This document shows, piece by piece, positions 14,313 through 26,273 of a stretch of 64,000 nt of DNA. Within the stretch, counting starts at the first letter, position 1. Each line of letters begins with the position of its first letter. The stretch lies in the NCBI GenBank assembly GCA_028023455.1, contig JAQFVV010000005.1, positions 11,284,001 through 11,348,000 on the forward strand, given 5' to 3'. Position numbers and translations under genes: made by a program. Below the pieces are notes generated by a model. That model was not told where the DNA came from and searched no databases. It worked only from the letters and a program-made list of their open reading frames with translations. This stretch comes from Epiperipatus broadwayi. Lineage: Eukaryota > Animalia > Onychophora.

Positions 14313-14861
14313 AAAAAAATTGTTTTAATCATTTATATCGCGAATTTCAACCAAAAAAAAAAAAAACATCTGGAAATCTTTATCTTAAAAAAAAATCAAA
14401 GCTTCACAAGTTTGACATCAGTCACAATCAATAAAGATTTAAAATTGATCGTTATCGTTATCTACATCAAAGCACCTCTTTTGTAAAAATAATCTTAAGA
14501 TACAGATAACAACAAACCTGGAATCTATAGCCATCAGGAATAAGTGTAAAAGCATCTTTGTGTTTGTACAGATCTATTCATTGTTTCACACATGTACAAT
14601 TTTTATCTTCTAACCTAACAATCTTAACTGCTTTATTTCACACTTTTCTGATTTACTTTATTTTAACAAAATGAAAGTTAAATAAATTTAACACATATTA
14701 TTTAATAAAAATAATATTATATAATAAATCACAAAAAGAACTGCTTATTCATAATAATAAATCTATACATATAAATCTCTGTATGTATAAAAGAATAAAA
14801 AAAAATTTTTTTTTTTAAATAATTGAATACTATATATATCTACAATATATATTGCAACATT

Positions 14862-15096
14862 CAAAAGCACTGCCAAATCAAAAGTGAATTGCTAAAGTGA
14901 TACCAAACAAGATGGGCACTATAATAACTATGGATTTGTGCTCAAGATTGAGTCCTCTTATGGACAAAACATATAACAAAAGCACTGCCAAATCAAAAGT
15001 GAATTGCTAAAGTGATACCAAACAAGATGGGCACTATAATAACTATGGATTTGTGCTCAAGATTGAGTCCTCTTATGGACAAAACATATAACAAAA
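14862..15096. repeat. Perfect 115-bp tandem duplication
   Basis: CAAAAGCACTGCC...AAAACATATAA at 14862-14976 is repeated without visible mismatch at 14977-15091. Confidence 0.95.
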
Positions 15097-15445
15097 ATAA
15101 TAAAAATTTTGGATTCTTATTTTATCCAAATCTCAATATTTTTATTCTTATTCAACATAATAAACAATTACTTTACTTAACACTCAAAGGAAATAACAAC
15201 TTGGATTCTTTATACATAAGATAATTTTATTTTCTTCTCATACTGCTGTAAACTTATATCTTATTTTAAAATAAATAATTAAGTGAAGTTGTAAGTATTT
15301 GAACATCAGAATGCTTCTAATAACCTTTGGATAGCAATAAAAAATATTTTCAAATATTTAATGTTCTTATAAATAATAATATTCATAAAACTAGTGGGTA
15401 AGATTTATTAGAATTCTGTAATGTTTAATCTTGCAATAAACAAAA

Positions 15446-16048
15446 TAATATATAGGGTATATGAGCACAGACTTTCACATGACCCACCACTCTCCACACT
15501 ATCTCATAACACTGATACCCTTGAACACATATATGTTGAAAAGATAAATAATCTCCAATATACATATTTCATGCTAAACCAGCAATCATCAGTTGGTCCA
15601 GATTACCATCTCTACACATATATGCTATAAGTGCTCAGATATATATTAAGATAGCCGATCCTTATACTTTAATGGACAGGCTCCAATACACTCCACACTC
15701 CAACCGTCCATCCAATTGAAAATCTGATGGAATGCTCAAAGGCCACCCTGAGGCTGAGATTCTTGTCACACCCATGTTGACCTAAGGTCAATCTGACCCC
15801 TCATGTACAGGATATAATCCATTTAATACATATACAAGGGATGGGCAGACATCTCTTCTATGTAATAACTGAAACACACAGGCTTATTTTATACCTGTGT
15901 CTATATATGTAATATATAGGGTATATGAGCACAGACTTTCACATGATCCACCACTCTCCACACTATCTCATAACACTGATACACTTGAACACATATATGT
16001 TGAAAAGATAAATAATCACCAATATATGTATTTCATGCTAAACCAGCA
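15446..16048 (-). mobile_element. Family A HHR-bearing tandem repeat (retrozyme-like), 1.3 units of 464 bp
   Basis: TATAGGGTATATGAGCACAG at 15451 and 15915 (period 464). Homologous to 29305-30300 and 42667-43178. HHR on the minus strand. Confidence 0.85.
15545..15607 (-). ncRNA. Minimal type I hammerhead ribozyme motif A1
   Basis: Minus strand: GGUAAUC UGG ACCAA CUGAUGA UUGCU GGUUU AGCAU GAAA UAUGUA UA|UUGG AGAUUA. Core intact, stem II 4 bp plus U-U, stem III palindrome altered from UACGUA to UAUGUA. Confidence 0.75.
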
Positions 16049-16438
16049 GAATAAAAAAAGTAATGGGCAGAATAGTACTTTTATGCTATCCACTACACCT
16101 TTAAATACACTTGTAATAAAAGATGAAATATATTAAATAATGTTAGTATTAAAATAAAATAATGACTTGAATAAATAACTTTAATGTGACTTGAAAATAT
16201 ACTCATATTCAACAATTATTTATAGCTTTATTAATTAGGAATTTTTGGGTAAATTGGTGTGATCATGATGACAATAAAAACATAAATATATTTAAAGAAT
16301 AAAAAATATTTATTTATAATATATCACAAATTTAATATTATAATACAATAAAATAAAATAGTAAACAACAGACATTGCAGTATTAATTACTGCAGTCTTA
16401 AGCATTTAAAAAACCTAAATTAAAATATAACTCTAGTA

Positions 16439-17760
16439 CAGGGGTCAGCAACCTTTTAATAGTGTCGGGCTGAACCTATATTACAATGTTATTCTGCGGG
16501 CAGACACAATTTTATCAAACTTATTATATACTATCAAAATTGGTTGTTATAATGGGCTTCAAAGTTATATATATTATAGTATATAATATATACTTTTGAA
16601 ATCCATTATAACTGGATCTTATATTATTGGTCATTCGATATTTTAAAATACATAGAATCATATGTGAAAAGTACCTTTTGTTAAATTTGTAATTTTTAAC
16701 ATGCTTATTAAAAATTAAATTACAAATTATAAATAACTTTTTACTTATACAAAATATATAATTTAAATATAAAAAATTATTATGAATTCTAATATGATTA
16801 GTCATTTATTATTAAAATAAATTAATGTGAACATTGCCCTTGTACCTCTTTGCTCAATGTCAGATGTGTAATTGGTCCCTTTTAGTTTCACACATGCTTC
16901 TGAATGTTCAGGTGTTAGGAAACTTCTTTGTGAATTCAAAATATTTTTCATATGTGAGAAAATTTGTTCACCTAAGTAAGTTGAACCAAATGCTGAAAGC
17001 AGTTTTTTCAAAGAATTAAATCTTTCAGGTAATGATGTCCAACAATTGAGAATGACAGCAGACTTTTCTAGTTTTCCACAATTCTACAAATTTAGTTTTT
17101 CACTATTCTGATGACATTAATTCAATTAATTCCATTTCAAAACTATCAATATCCATCCATTCAAAAAGAGATAAATCAAATGGAGTCATCTTTAAATCAA
17201 TTAAGTCAGGTATTATTTAAAGAAAAAAAAAATATTGAAATTTTCTTCCTTCAGAATATCTCACCATTTTAGTCCTTGAATTTCTCTCATTTTCTTTTAG
17301 ATTTCTTTTCTTAATGATTTTAGTATTATTGCTAATCAAACAAGTGCTGAACAAAATTGTGCTTGTATTATCATTCCATTAAATAACATTTTTTGGCAAC
17401 TTATCTGCATAGTTCAGTTTCTGTCTTCCCTATCACAGCTTATAATAGTTATGAAGAACTGGGCAATATGCTTAGGATAGATACCAATGTGATAATCCTT
17501 TCCTTTTAGTTCTTGTCTGAAAAGTATCCTGATGTAATAAAGATATTTTTCATAACTTCCTTATGTGCTAGTTAATACAAATAATTGTGAATCAACGCAT
17601 TCTTTTCTAATTTAAAAGTTTTTAGTTAATTCTTCTCTCTTCTTCAACAACAGGGGAGAAGAACAAAAAAATTATCTCATTTGTATACTACCAGCTTCAT
17701 TTGCATACAATCCCCCTTTTATTTTATCTAGAACTTTTGGGACTGTCATCTAAATAAATT
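16439..17760 (-). mobile_element. hAT DNA transposon relic (Buster/SPIN-like), 3-prime end
   Basis: ORF 16802-17011 (LLSAFGSTYLGEQIFSHMK..QRSFLTPEH) is a hAT C-terminal dimerisation domain. Terminal CAGGGGTCAGCAACC at 16439 is preceded by CTCTAGTA, close to the nTCTAGAn target preference. Confidence 0.85.
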
Positions 17761-18759
17761 TCTAAAGTAATCTATTTTCATAAAAAGAATATTAATGAAG
17801 TAAATATATCCATGCATATTTACAAAATAAATAATCTTTACTTACATAATTTTATGTGTGAATATTTCACTCCTCCCTTGTTTCTTCCATCACGTATATG
17901 CATAAGTGGCACACACATTCTCAAAATATTGTCATGTAGTCTTTGCATTGGTAGGACAAATTACAATATATATGTACTATAACAGATTGTATATAATGTT
18001 TGCCATACTGTATACCTGCTATATACTTGTTATAGCATTTAGTTATCATACATCTCTTAAGGTAAGGAACTGCAGGTACCCTTCTAGATCTACCTAACAT
18101 TTTCAACTGAATGATGACAACTTGCCTCATATGGACGTATGATGACACTCCCAACGTTTCTGTGATAGCTTGCCTCATGTCTGATTTATGATCTATAAGT
18201 GTCAACTTGCCTCACTGATTTAAGTATATACTGGACAATGTGTATACTGCCATTTAGCACTGACAGTAATTTGTTGTCTCCCTTTATCTTCAAATGGACA
18301 TACTATTTATAGACAGATTTCCATCCTTAATGAAAGCAATTGGATTTACTGAACATCAACACCCATTGACTTGTTTCTCTTATTGGATATATCATCTGGT
18401 TTATACATATCTATCGGTCTATGGTGATGAATACTCAATCTGATCAAAATATGATGAAATCTGGACTAATCCATTAGTTAAAAGCAAGTTGAGATATAAC
18501 ATCGTCTCCCACTGTCAAAAGATAACCTTACTGAATGAAGTCATTCAGATGCTTTGCTGGATGTTTTCATTGCTTCCTGGCTTTCATAATCATTCTATGA
18601 CTTTATTTGAAAGATTTGGTGTGTTTATTTGTAAGTCTGGTCTCTTCTAGTTATTAAAACAGGCAAAAACTCACTGTATGTATTGCCACACTGCAAGCTA
18701 GAGTAATCAATGGATGCCAGAAGGCTTGTGTATAAAATCCCCATCTAGTGTCTATTCAT

Positions 18760-18814
18760 CCAATAATTCCAGACTAGTTTCTGGTTTGTGGCCTTCATCA
18801 GTGAGTAGCCTAGG
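18760..18814 (-). ncRNA. HHR motif B1 (core intact, stems partly eroded)
   Basis: Minus strand: CUACUCA CUGAUGA AGGC CACAA ACCA GAAA CUAGUC|UGGAAUUAUUGG. Confidence 0.6.
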
Positions 18815-19178
18815 ATCTGAGAGCACTGCACCTAGATCTTAGGATCTAAATGAAATGCTCAAGCAGCCACCTTTGATCTCTACTGAACTACAAAACTATG
18901 AGTCTTAAATATTTTCAATCCAAGCTCATCAGCTTATATAGTCATATAGGTCTGAACTCAGTTCAGTACCTATACATTTTGGTGTCTTTGGTTCTTTAAT
19001 AACCATAGCCACCACTATCCTATTAGGCAGGATTGGCCAATAAACATCACATGATCATCATTTCTTATGCTTGCTTATAACTGTTATTAAAACATGCAAA
19101 AACTCACTATACGTATTGCCGCATTGCAAGCTAGGGTAATCAATGGATGCCATAAGGCTTGTGCAGTACTCTCAGATA

Positions 19179-19232
19179 CAAGGCTCCTCAATGACGCAGG
19201 CCACAAGCAAGAAACTAGTCTGGGGCTATTGG
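19179..19232 (+). ncRNA. HHR motif B2 (core mutated, probably inactive)
   Basis: CUCCUCA AUGACGC AGGC CACAA GCAA GAAA CUAGUC|UGGGGCUAUUGG. Core positions C3 and A9 are changed. Confidence 0.55.
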
Positions 19233-19629
19233 ATGAGTAGGCACTAGATGAGGATTTTATGCACACGCCTACTGGTATTCATTGATTACTCTAGCTTGCA
19301 GTGTGGCAATATGTCTAGTGAGTTTTTGCCTGTTTTAATAAGTTATAAGCAAGCATAAGAAATGGTGATCATGTGATGTTTATTGGCTTAAAACCAATCT
19401 TGCCCAATAGGATAGTGGTGGCTATGGTTATTAAAGAACAAAAGATACCAAAATGCATGGGTACTGAACTGAGTTCAGACCTATATGACTGTATAAGCTG
19501 ATGAGCTGGGATTGAAAATATTAAGGTGTTTTCAATTTAAGACTCATAGTTTTGTAGTTAAGTAGAGATAAAATGTGGCTGCTGGAGGGTTGTATTATAT
19601 CCTTAGATCTATGTGCAGTGCTCTCAGAT

Positions 19630-19684
19630 CTAAGACTCCTCACTGATGAAGGTCACAAGCCAGAAACTAGTCTGGGAATATTGG
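19630..19684 (+). ncRNA. HHR motif B3
   Basis: CUCCUCA CUGAUGA AGGU CACAA GCCA GAAA CUAGUC|UGGGAAUAUUGG. Core intact, predicted cleavage after 19672. Confidence 0.75.
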
Positions 19685-20118
19685 ATGAGTAGGCACTAGA
19701 TGGGGATATTATGCACAAGCCTTCTGGCATCCAATGATTACTCTAGCTTGCAGTGTGGCAATACGTATAGTGAGTTTTTGTCTGTTTTAATAAGTTATAA
19801 GCAAGAATAAGAAATGGTGATAATGTGATGTCTCTTCTAGTTGTAGATGTAGTAAATTTGAACTTTGTGGAATCTTTACTGTTTGATGGTAAATCTTGAC
19901 TGTTCACTGGTGATCATAATTCTGTTTTAATTAGTTTTCTGTGTCAATAGTGTTCCTATCCATCTGCTGTTTGAATGACCACCGTTTGAAATATTTTTAA
20001 ATTGATCACAACTGCTGGAACCCATTTGGTGATTCTGCTATACAAGTAAGAGAACGTGGATGCCTACCTGCATTTTAGCACTTTTATTTTCATGAATATG
20101 TTAACTAAGCATATATAC

Positions 20119-20605
20119 CATGGGGTGTCCAGCAAGTCGATCGCAAAGCCAATTTTGGTCGATCATGAGGCCATTCTGGCAAGACCAGTCGGGTAACGAG
20201 TGAAAGAAATTAAGTCGAAAATCAAGTTTTTTTGTTATTTTTGTTTTTGTTCTAAATTTTTTTTCAATTCTAAATAGATGAAGTCCACTAAGTCGTATCA
20301 TTATTGAAAATAATATTTTTAATCTCGACTTAATGTAGCTAATTTGAATTAATAACTATTGTTAATAATTACTCATGTTGCTTTAATTCCCCCAGACGTG
20401 AGTTTTTTTGGCCAGTATGTATTTCACACCTCCCTCCACTTAGCCCGTTAAATAATTGTTATTTTTTACTAGGTACATATATATATAAATAGTACATAAT
20501 TCACACCTCCCTTCACTTAGACTATGCCTATGACAACAAGTCGATCACAACACATTTTAATTAAAAATAAAAAGATCTTATAAACATAAAAGTTGGCCAC
20601 CCCTG
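20119..20605. mobile_element. hAT-type MITE
   Basis: Ends CATGGGGTGTCCA.. and ..GTTGGCCACCCCTG. Near-TSD ATATATAC / ATATTATAC. No ORF. Confidence 0.65.
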
Positions 20606-22152
20606 ATATTATACTGTCATGTTTGTCCTAGGGTCCAAACTCAATTTATTTTCAACATCTGGATAGATCTTTTTTGATTTTATTTTTGTGAGCTGGTTCA
20701 TTTTAGCCTAATAAATTGCTATGCTTACAAACAGAAATAATAAGATGCAAATTGTTTTATTAAATGCAGTAACTTTAACTCTGACCCAAGAATGATATCT
20801 GATTGCCTTGTGAGTCAATAATCACTTTTTTGCTTAAATACAGGCAATGGTTATTTTTTTATTAATGATAGCCCATGCATTTTTTAACACAATGGTAACT
20901 GCAAACATAACATTCAGTTCCTTTGTTATTGGTATATCATTAATAAAAATTTCTTATTGCCTCTCATTATTTATCTAGGCATTGATTTTACTTAATTTTA
21001 TGTTGCCTTACTGGATGACTTAATTTTTTCTTTTTAAACTAAGCAGCTTCTACGTAACTGACATACTTACAATAACAACACTCTATATATTGATATGGAC
21101 ATATGGTGTGTGTGTGCATTTTGGTTTGTCTCATTTATAATTAAAATCTAATAATATTATATTGAATAATAAACCCTGTAAGCCTGTTCTGATTGGAAAA
21201 GTCTTTAATCAATCTAACTTTCTGATCCAAAGCATAAATGCTGGGATTATTTTTCATTAAAGAGCCGCCTGGATCATTGTAGAATCAGCCAGTGTTGCTT
21301 GCAAGACAGCTGAATGAAACATATATCAGGGTTCATCAACAGCTTGACTTTAAGGTTGTAATTTTTCATTTCACAAATAAAACAGGTTCAGAGCTGCATC
21401 CTTAAAGTCATGGCTTCCTAAATTTAGTGACAAAATCTCAAACTTTTCTCCCTCTTCTTGTATACACAGACTGTAGTGATATCAGCATTATCATTATGAA
21501 TTTTGGACAGAAAAAGTTTGTCAATAGAGATAGTGTTTTATCAAATTCCAAGTTCAGCAGGAAGTACAGTTGCTGCTTGTCCTCATAAGACTTCTATGTT
21601 TGAGTTCCAGAGACTGACACCAATGTTGGAAATTTTTAATTCAAGCTTTTTAATTTGAATAGGCTGCATATAGACAGGCACTCAATCTGTCAGGATAAGG
21701 TGGATCAACCTCTTCTGATGAGTTACTTTTAGCCATTTTCATTTCTTTTTTTACCAGGAGAGAAAAAAAAATATTTGATTTTTTTTTTTAATAGTTGACA
21801 AGTAACCACACATATCTGATATTTTAACTTTTATTGATGTGCTAATAATGTTAGCTGTTAATTTTTTGTACTTAATGACAATGATCTAAACAATCCATGG
21901 GCTTAAACTTTTTTTCAGTCATATGGGAAAAAACGTTCAGTGAATCTGTTGACCTCACAGAACAAAACTATCTACTGCACCAAATATTTTGAGTTGAGGA
22001 TGTGAAATTGTAATAAACAGACTCATATAAATATGTATTTCATGTATATAAATTGATATTTACATCTGTTGGCATATATATGTACATACATACACACATA
22101 ATACATTTACAAATATATATATGTTTCCATAGCATATGCTTAATATATTGAT

Positions 22153-22706
22153 TTGCTATAATGTTTTCCTGAAGGTTTGTGATGATAGTGTTTTAGTTGT
22201 ATTTATATGTTGGACTATTTCAATCAACTAATATGAGAATTCAATGTCTTTAGAAAAAATAACATTATTTAAATATTTCAAATACATTCAACTGTTAGTA
22301 ATAGCACACAGGTTAGTATATGAATAACGTTTTGAGAGGTATTACTCTCTCCTCTTCTTCAAGTACTGCTGGCCTGACCAATGACATTAGTAGCATGGGA
22401 TCAAGTGAGCCCTTGGCAGGATGGCTCAGTTGGTTAGAACATTACTTAAAATTCAATATTCAAGAATGGTTGGTGTCCAGGTTCGATTTCCATGCTAGTA
22501 CTGCTACTGGTCAGGCCAGCAACAACTGAAGAAAAGGAAAGAGTAATAACTTTCTAAACATTATGCATATACTAACCTGTGCGATATTACTAACAGTCGA
22601 ATGTATTTGAAATATTGAAATAAAGTTAAATTTTTCTAAAGACATTCAATACTCATATCACATGATGGAAATAGTCCAACATATAATACAACTTGCTATA
22701 ATGTTT
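22153..22706. mobile_element. Foldback insert made of a tRNA-derived SINE-like element and its inverted copy, 14-bp TSD
   Basis: TTGCTATAATGTTT at 22153-22166 and 22693-22706. A-box TGGCTCAGTTGG (about 22423) and B-box GGTTCGATTTCC (about 22479). Arms about 22190-22405 and 22480-22692 are reverse complements. Confidence 0.8.
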
Positions 22707-24337
22707 AGTTGCCTTGAAACTATTAATATAAGGGACTTCAGATTCCCAACTAGGTCTTTCAGCTGGACCATGAAAATTTCTTAGTACTTGGAATTAAAAA
22801 ATAAAATATGTACAAAATATCACTGCTACTTTTATAACGAATATTAACAGATCTATTATCAGTAATAATATATATATATATATTCGAATAATAAATTTTT
22901 CAAGGAATGCTATTCTCACAAGTATTTTACTATTCAATTTTTGATTATTTTAATCTATTGCAACTTACGGTGGTTTGTAATAGAAAAAGTATTAATTTGA
23001 AGACTACTTTCTTATGGGATGCATTAGAGCTTTCTTTATAAAATATTACATGCATATAATCTAAAAAAAACAATGCACAACTAAGAAAAGATCCTAGCAT
23101 TAAACAAAACTTTTTAAGTTAAAGACATTATTGGTTTTACTGTCTCATATAAATTTATATTTTTATCACCTATATAAAAGATTTATTTATATCTTGATTA
23201 TTACAGTATGTGAATTTCTTTTGTTTTCTTTTTTTTGATTTTAGTAACAATCATTAATTGATATTATGTAGTTTATTAGTTATACTTTTTTAAAATTATA
23301 TTTATATATTACATAATAAAATAATAATACTCAATTTAGTGATTAATTTGTTATTGGGTATATTACATGTCTTTTTATGATTTCTTATTGTTTAGTTTAT
23401 TTTTATTATAATAAAAATATAAAATAGTTCATTACTCCTATTATTTGTCTGGTTTCACAAATTATCAACCATAAATTATTTTTTTAATTCATTTTATGAA
23501 CCAACTCATTCTTTGAACTGGGTATAAGTACATTATCTGAATGAGCTATTGCTTGGAATGTTGACAGTGATAAAATTGAAGCCAGTCCTTATTTGTTTGC
23601 ATACACTGGTAGCTCTTCTGTATAGGAAGATGGTGTCCGGAAACTCTGGTCATTGCCAGGAATCTCAGAATAAAACTACTGGTGTATAATAAGTGATCAG
23701 ACCGATTATCACAAAAGTGATGATGATCAGAAAATATAGCCCGTGTTTCAGGTACTTATAAATGAATTAAATATAGGCTTGACTATCATCATCAATCTCA
23801 AAAGAGTGTTGAGTGAGGAGTTAATAATTATATTTAGTTAATTTCACTAACATTTAGAGTTACTATCCATTACATTAATGATCCCCTTAACATGGATCTC
23901 AATAGACGCTAATAGCCACTAAGCAACTATCCCTCTCCATTACAATATATATATATATATTATAAAATATATTTAAAAATATATAAAATATTATTTAATG
24001 GCAGTTGAGGCAGGTTAGAAAGTAACCGAAAGTATTTCTGCGGATTTTAAGATTGTTTGTAATTGTTTATAAACCGTTAAAAATATTATTTCAATTATAA
24101 TTAATATATTATAAAATATATTTTATTAATATACTTTTATCCAGTAAAAATTCACACAGGAATTGACTTTCAATAATTATAAAATTATATCATAATAGAA
24201 ATTTTTTTTTTTTTTTTTGTAACAGCAGATGAAACTTTACATATGATAACATTCCAAAATATTTTTATACTCTTTACACAGGTATTACGATAGTCCCCAT
24301 CTTTAAATCAAGCATCTTTTTCTAATTATAACCCATG

Positions 24338-24585
24338 AATTTATATTTTTACAAATTGTAATCAGCAAGCTTACTCTTAAATTTTGAACATATGGTTATA
24401 GAAATTGGAAAAATATATGGTAATGGTCATTAACGGACTCTGTCCAATATTTACAACTATATGGTTAAAATTCAAGAATATACATTGGTTAAATTTATAT
24501 TTTTACAAATTGTAATCAGCAAGCTTACTCTTAAATTTTGAACATATGGTTATAGAAATTGGAAAAATATATGTTAATGGTCATT
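24338..24585. repeat. About 94-bp direct duplication, period 154
   Basis: AATTTATATTTTTACAAATTG...AATGGTCATT at 24338 and 24492, one mismatch seen. Confidence 0.9.
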
Positions 24586-26273
24586 GGTTGTCATTAATAT
24601 AACTAAACATAAAAGGGTAATAATATATATAAAGAAATTTTGAGATTCTCCTCAGATATTCATTTTTACAGTTGCAGTTTTGAGAGAATATTAAGATAAT
24701 AAAAACTAACAAACATATATTGGTTATCTCTACAGATTATATTAATTGACACTAATAACATTTGTCGTCCAATCCCAAAGACTACAATGAATAAAACCAA
24801 TAGAAAGTAGTAGTGTAAATCAGACAGATAGTTTCTACCTAAATGGCTTTTTGGTAAAGATATTGAGCTAGTATCCACTCAGCAGACAGTTTTTATTTTG
24901 CTATTCAAATCAAAAAACTGAAAATGAAAGCACAAAGTTTAGAACATAAGCCAATCAGTCTGTATAATTATGTCAGTAGACACTAGATTAGTGACAATGA
25001 ACAATGTTTTATTTGAATAACAAGATAAAAAATGAAAATCAAGTATTAGTTAAATAGTAGTCAATCTGGATTACATTACTACTTAGTGTTTCTTATGTCA
25101 GAAGATGGATGTTACATGGGCATTTTTCCATAAGAATTATCCTTAAAACTATTGAAACTTTTTATTTATATTGAAATAAAAATATGTTCCGTTCACCTAG
25201 AAAATAATTATGTTGGAATGTTCTTTTAAAAGTTCTAACTCAATTCTACAAAATATTTTCTATTATATAAAAATTATTCCAGCAATCTTATACATAACTT
25301 ATTTTACAAAATTAAAAAAAACCCAACTACTTATTTTTTCCCCCATTTTTAAGAATCATATAATCCACAGTGATATAATAGTGGGTATATGATTTGCTGT
25401 GCCTATTACTTGAGTTTAAATATGAACCAAATAAACTTAAAAAAATTTCCAATTAACTTAAGATTTTTCTTTCAGATAGATAATCCATGATTATCTGGAG
25501 ATTCTTACACACTCCCAATCCAGAAATTGGCAATTGAGATGAATACTACTTTTTCCTTAACATTTCCTCTATAAAAATCTGATGGAATAATCTGTGTTTA
25601 AAATTTGCTTTAGATACCACCTGACATCATAATAAATATCTTGTGGAACTCTTATTTAATATATCCTGATTACAAATGAAGCTATTATATGTGACTCTTA
25701 GTCTGATTCTGATATAAATATTTATAAATTGATGACAGTTAGGAAATATAACCAATGTTTCTTTTAGAGTTCTTCAAGATGATCTTTACAAAATGGGAAT
25801 ACATAGTCTGATCATCATTTTAATCATTAATTGAAAACCAAGTTCAGGATCTCTATTATACATAAAAGATGTAATAACTTTCTTCTTACTGTTATTTCTT
25901 ATTAAACATATTTCTGATAGTGGTTTGGACTTCTTAAACTGATGCACTTTTAAAGTACAATGAAATATTGACTGTACACATTAAATTCGACACATGCAGA
26001 ATCCACAGTTTACACAAAATAAATTCAAATTAGGTCTATAATTAAATTATAATATCCACAAGAGTGTGCTTATATTTTATTTTGAGATCAAAGTCTTACA
26101 AAAAATAATTTACTTAGGAAATGATTAATAATTAATAAAACCATTTTGAAAAAGCAATGTATATTGTATTTATTTTTTAATTATCCAGTCATTTTACATG
26201 GTTCAACTATATTTCATGCTTTCTTTTTATATAAATTCTCACAACAAATCTTGGGAAAAGTTTTTTTTTTAAC

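Larger units (their letters stand above)
18640..19842. mobile_element. Family B HHR-bearing repeat: two oppositely oriented tandem arrays flanked by a 13-bp TSD
   Basis: GTCTCTTCTAGTT at 18640-18652 and 19830-19842. A minus-sense array (18653 to about 19163) flips at shared TGTGCA to a plus-sense array (period 452 between GAAACTAGTC at 19211 and 19663). Confidence 0.9.
18500..21810 (-). mobile_element. Second, internally deleted Ty3/Gypsy relic, interrupted by a family B array and a hAT MITE
   Basis: gag-like CIQEEGEK..FVTKFRK (about 21400-21480); integrase C-terminus KWVPAVVIN..IQTADG (about 19960-20030); terminal HLNDFIQ*, then polypurine tract GTGGGAGA and TGTTATAT (about 18500-18560). 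Confidence 0.65.

Noticed and set aside
17921-18205. LINE RT-like VRQG motif (three TGAGGCAAG repeats)
   Set aside because: It lies next to the Gypsy 3-prime LTR start, and no other RT motifs could be placed with confidence.
19498-19525. Second CTGATGA..GAAA inside the family B unit (also minus strand 18914-18933)
   Set aside because: The 9-nt spacer does not form stem II, stem I cannot pair, and the 37.7-kb copies read CTAATGG. At most a relic.
22410-22495. Bona fide tRNA genes here and at 50974 and 56527
   Set aside because: A- and B-boxes are present, but there is no clean cloverleaf and they are embedded in repeats, so I treated them as SINE-like heads.
23690-23745. Hairpin followed by GAAA
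   Set aside because: Lacks the core heptamer and the NUH site.
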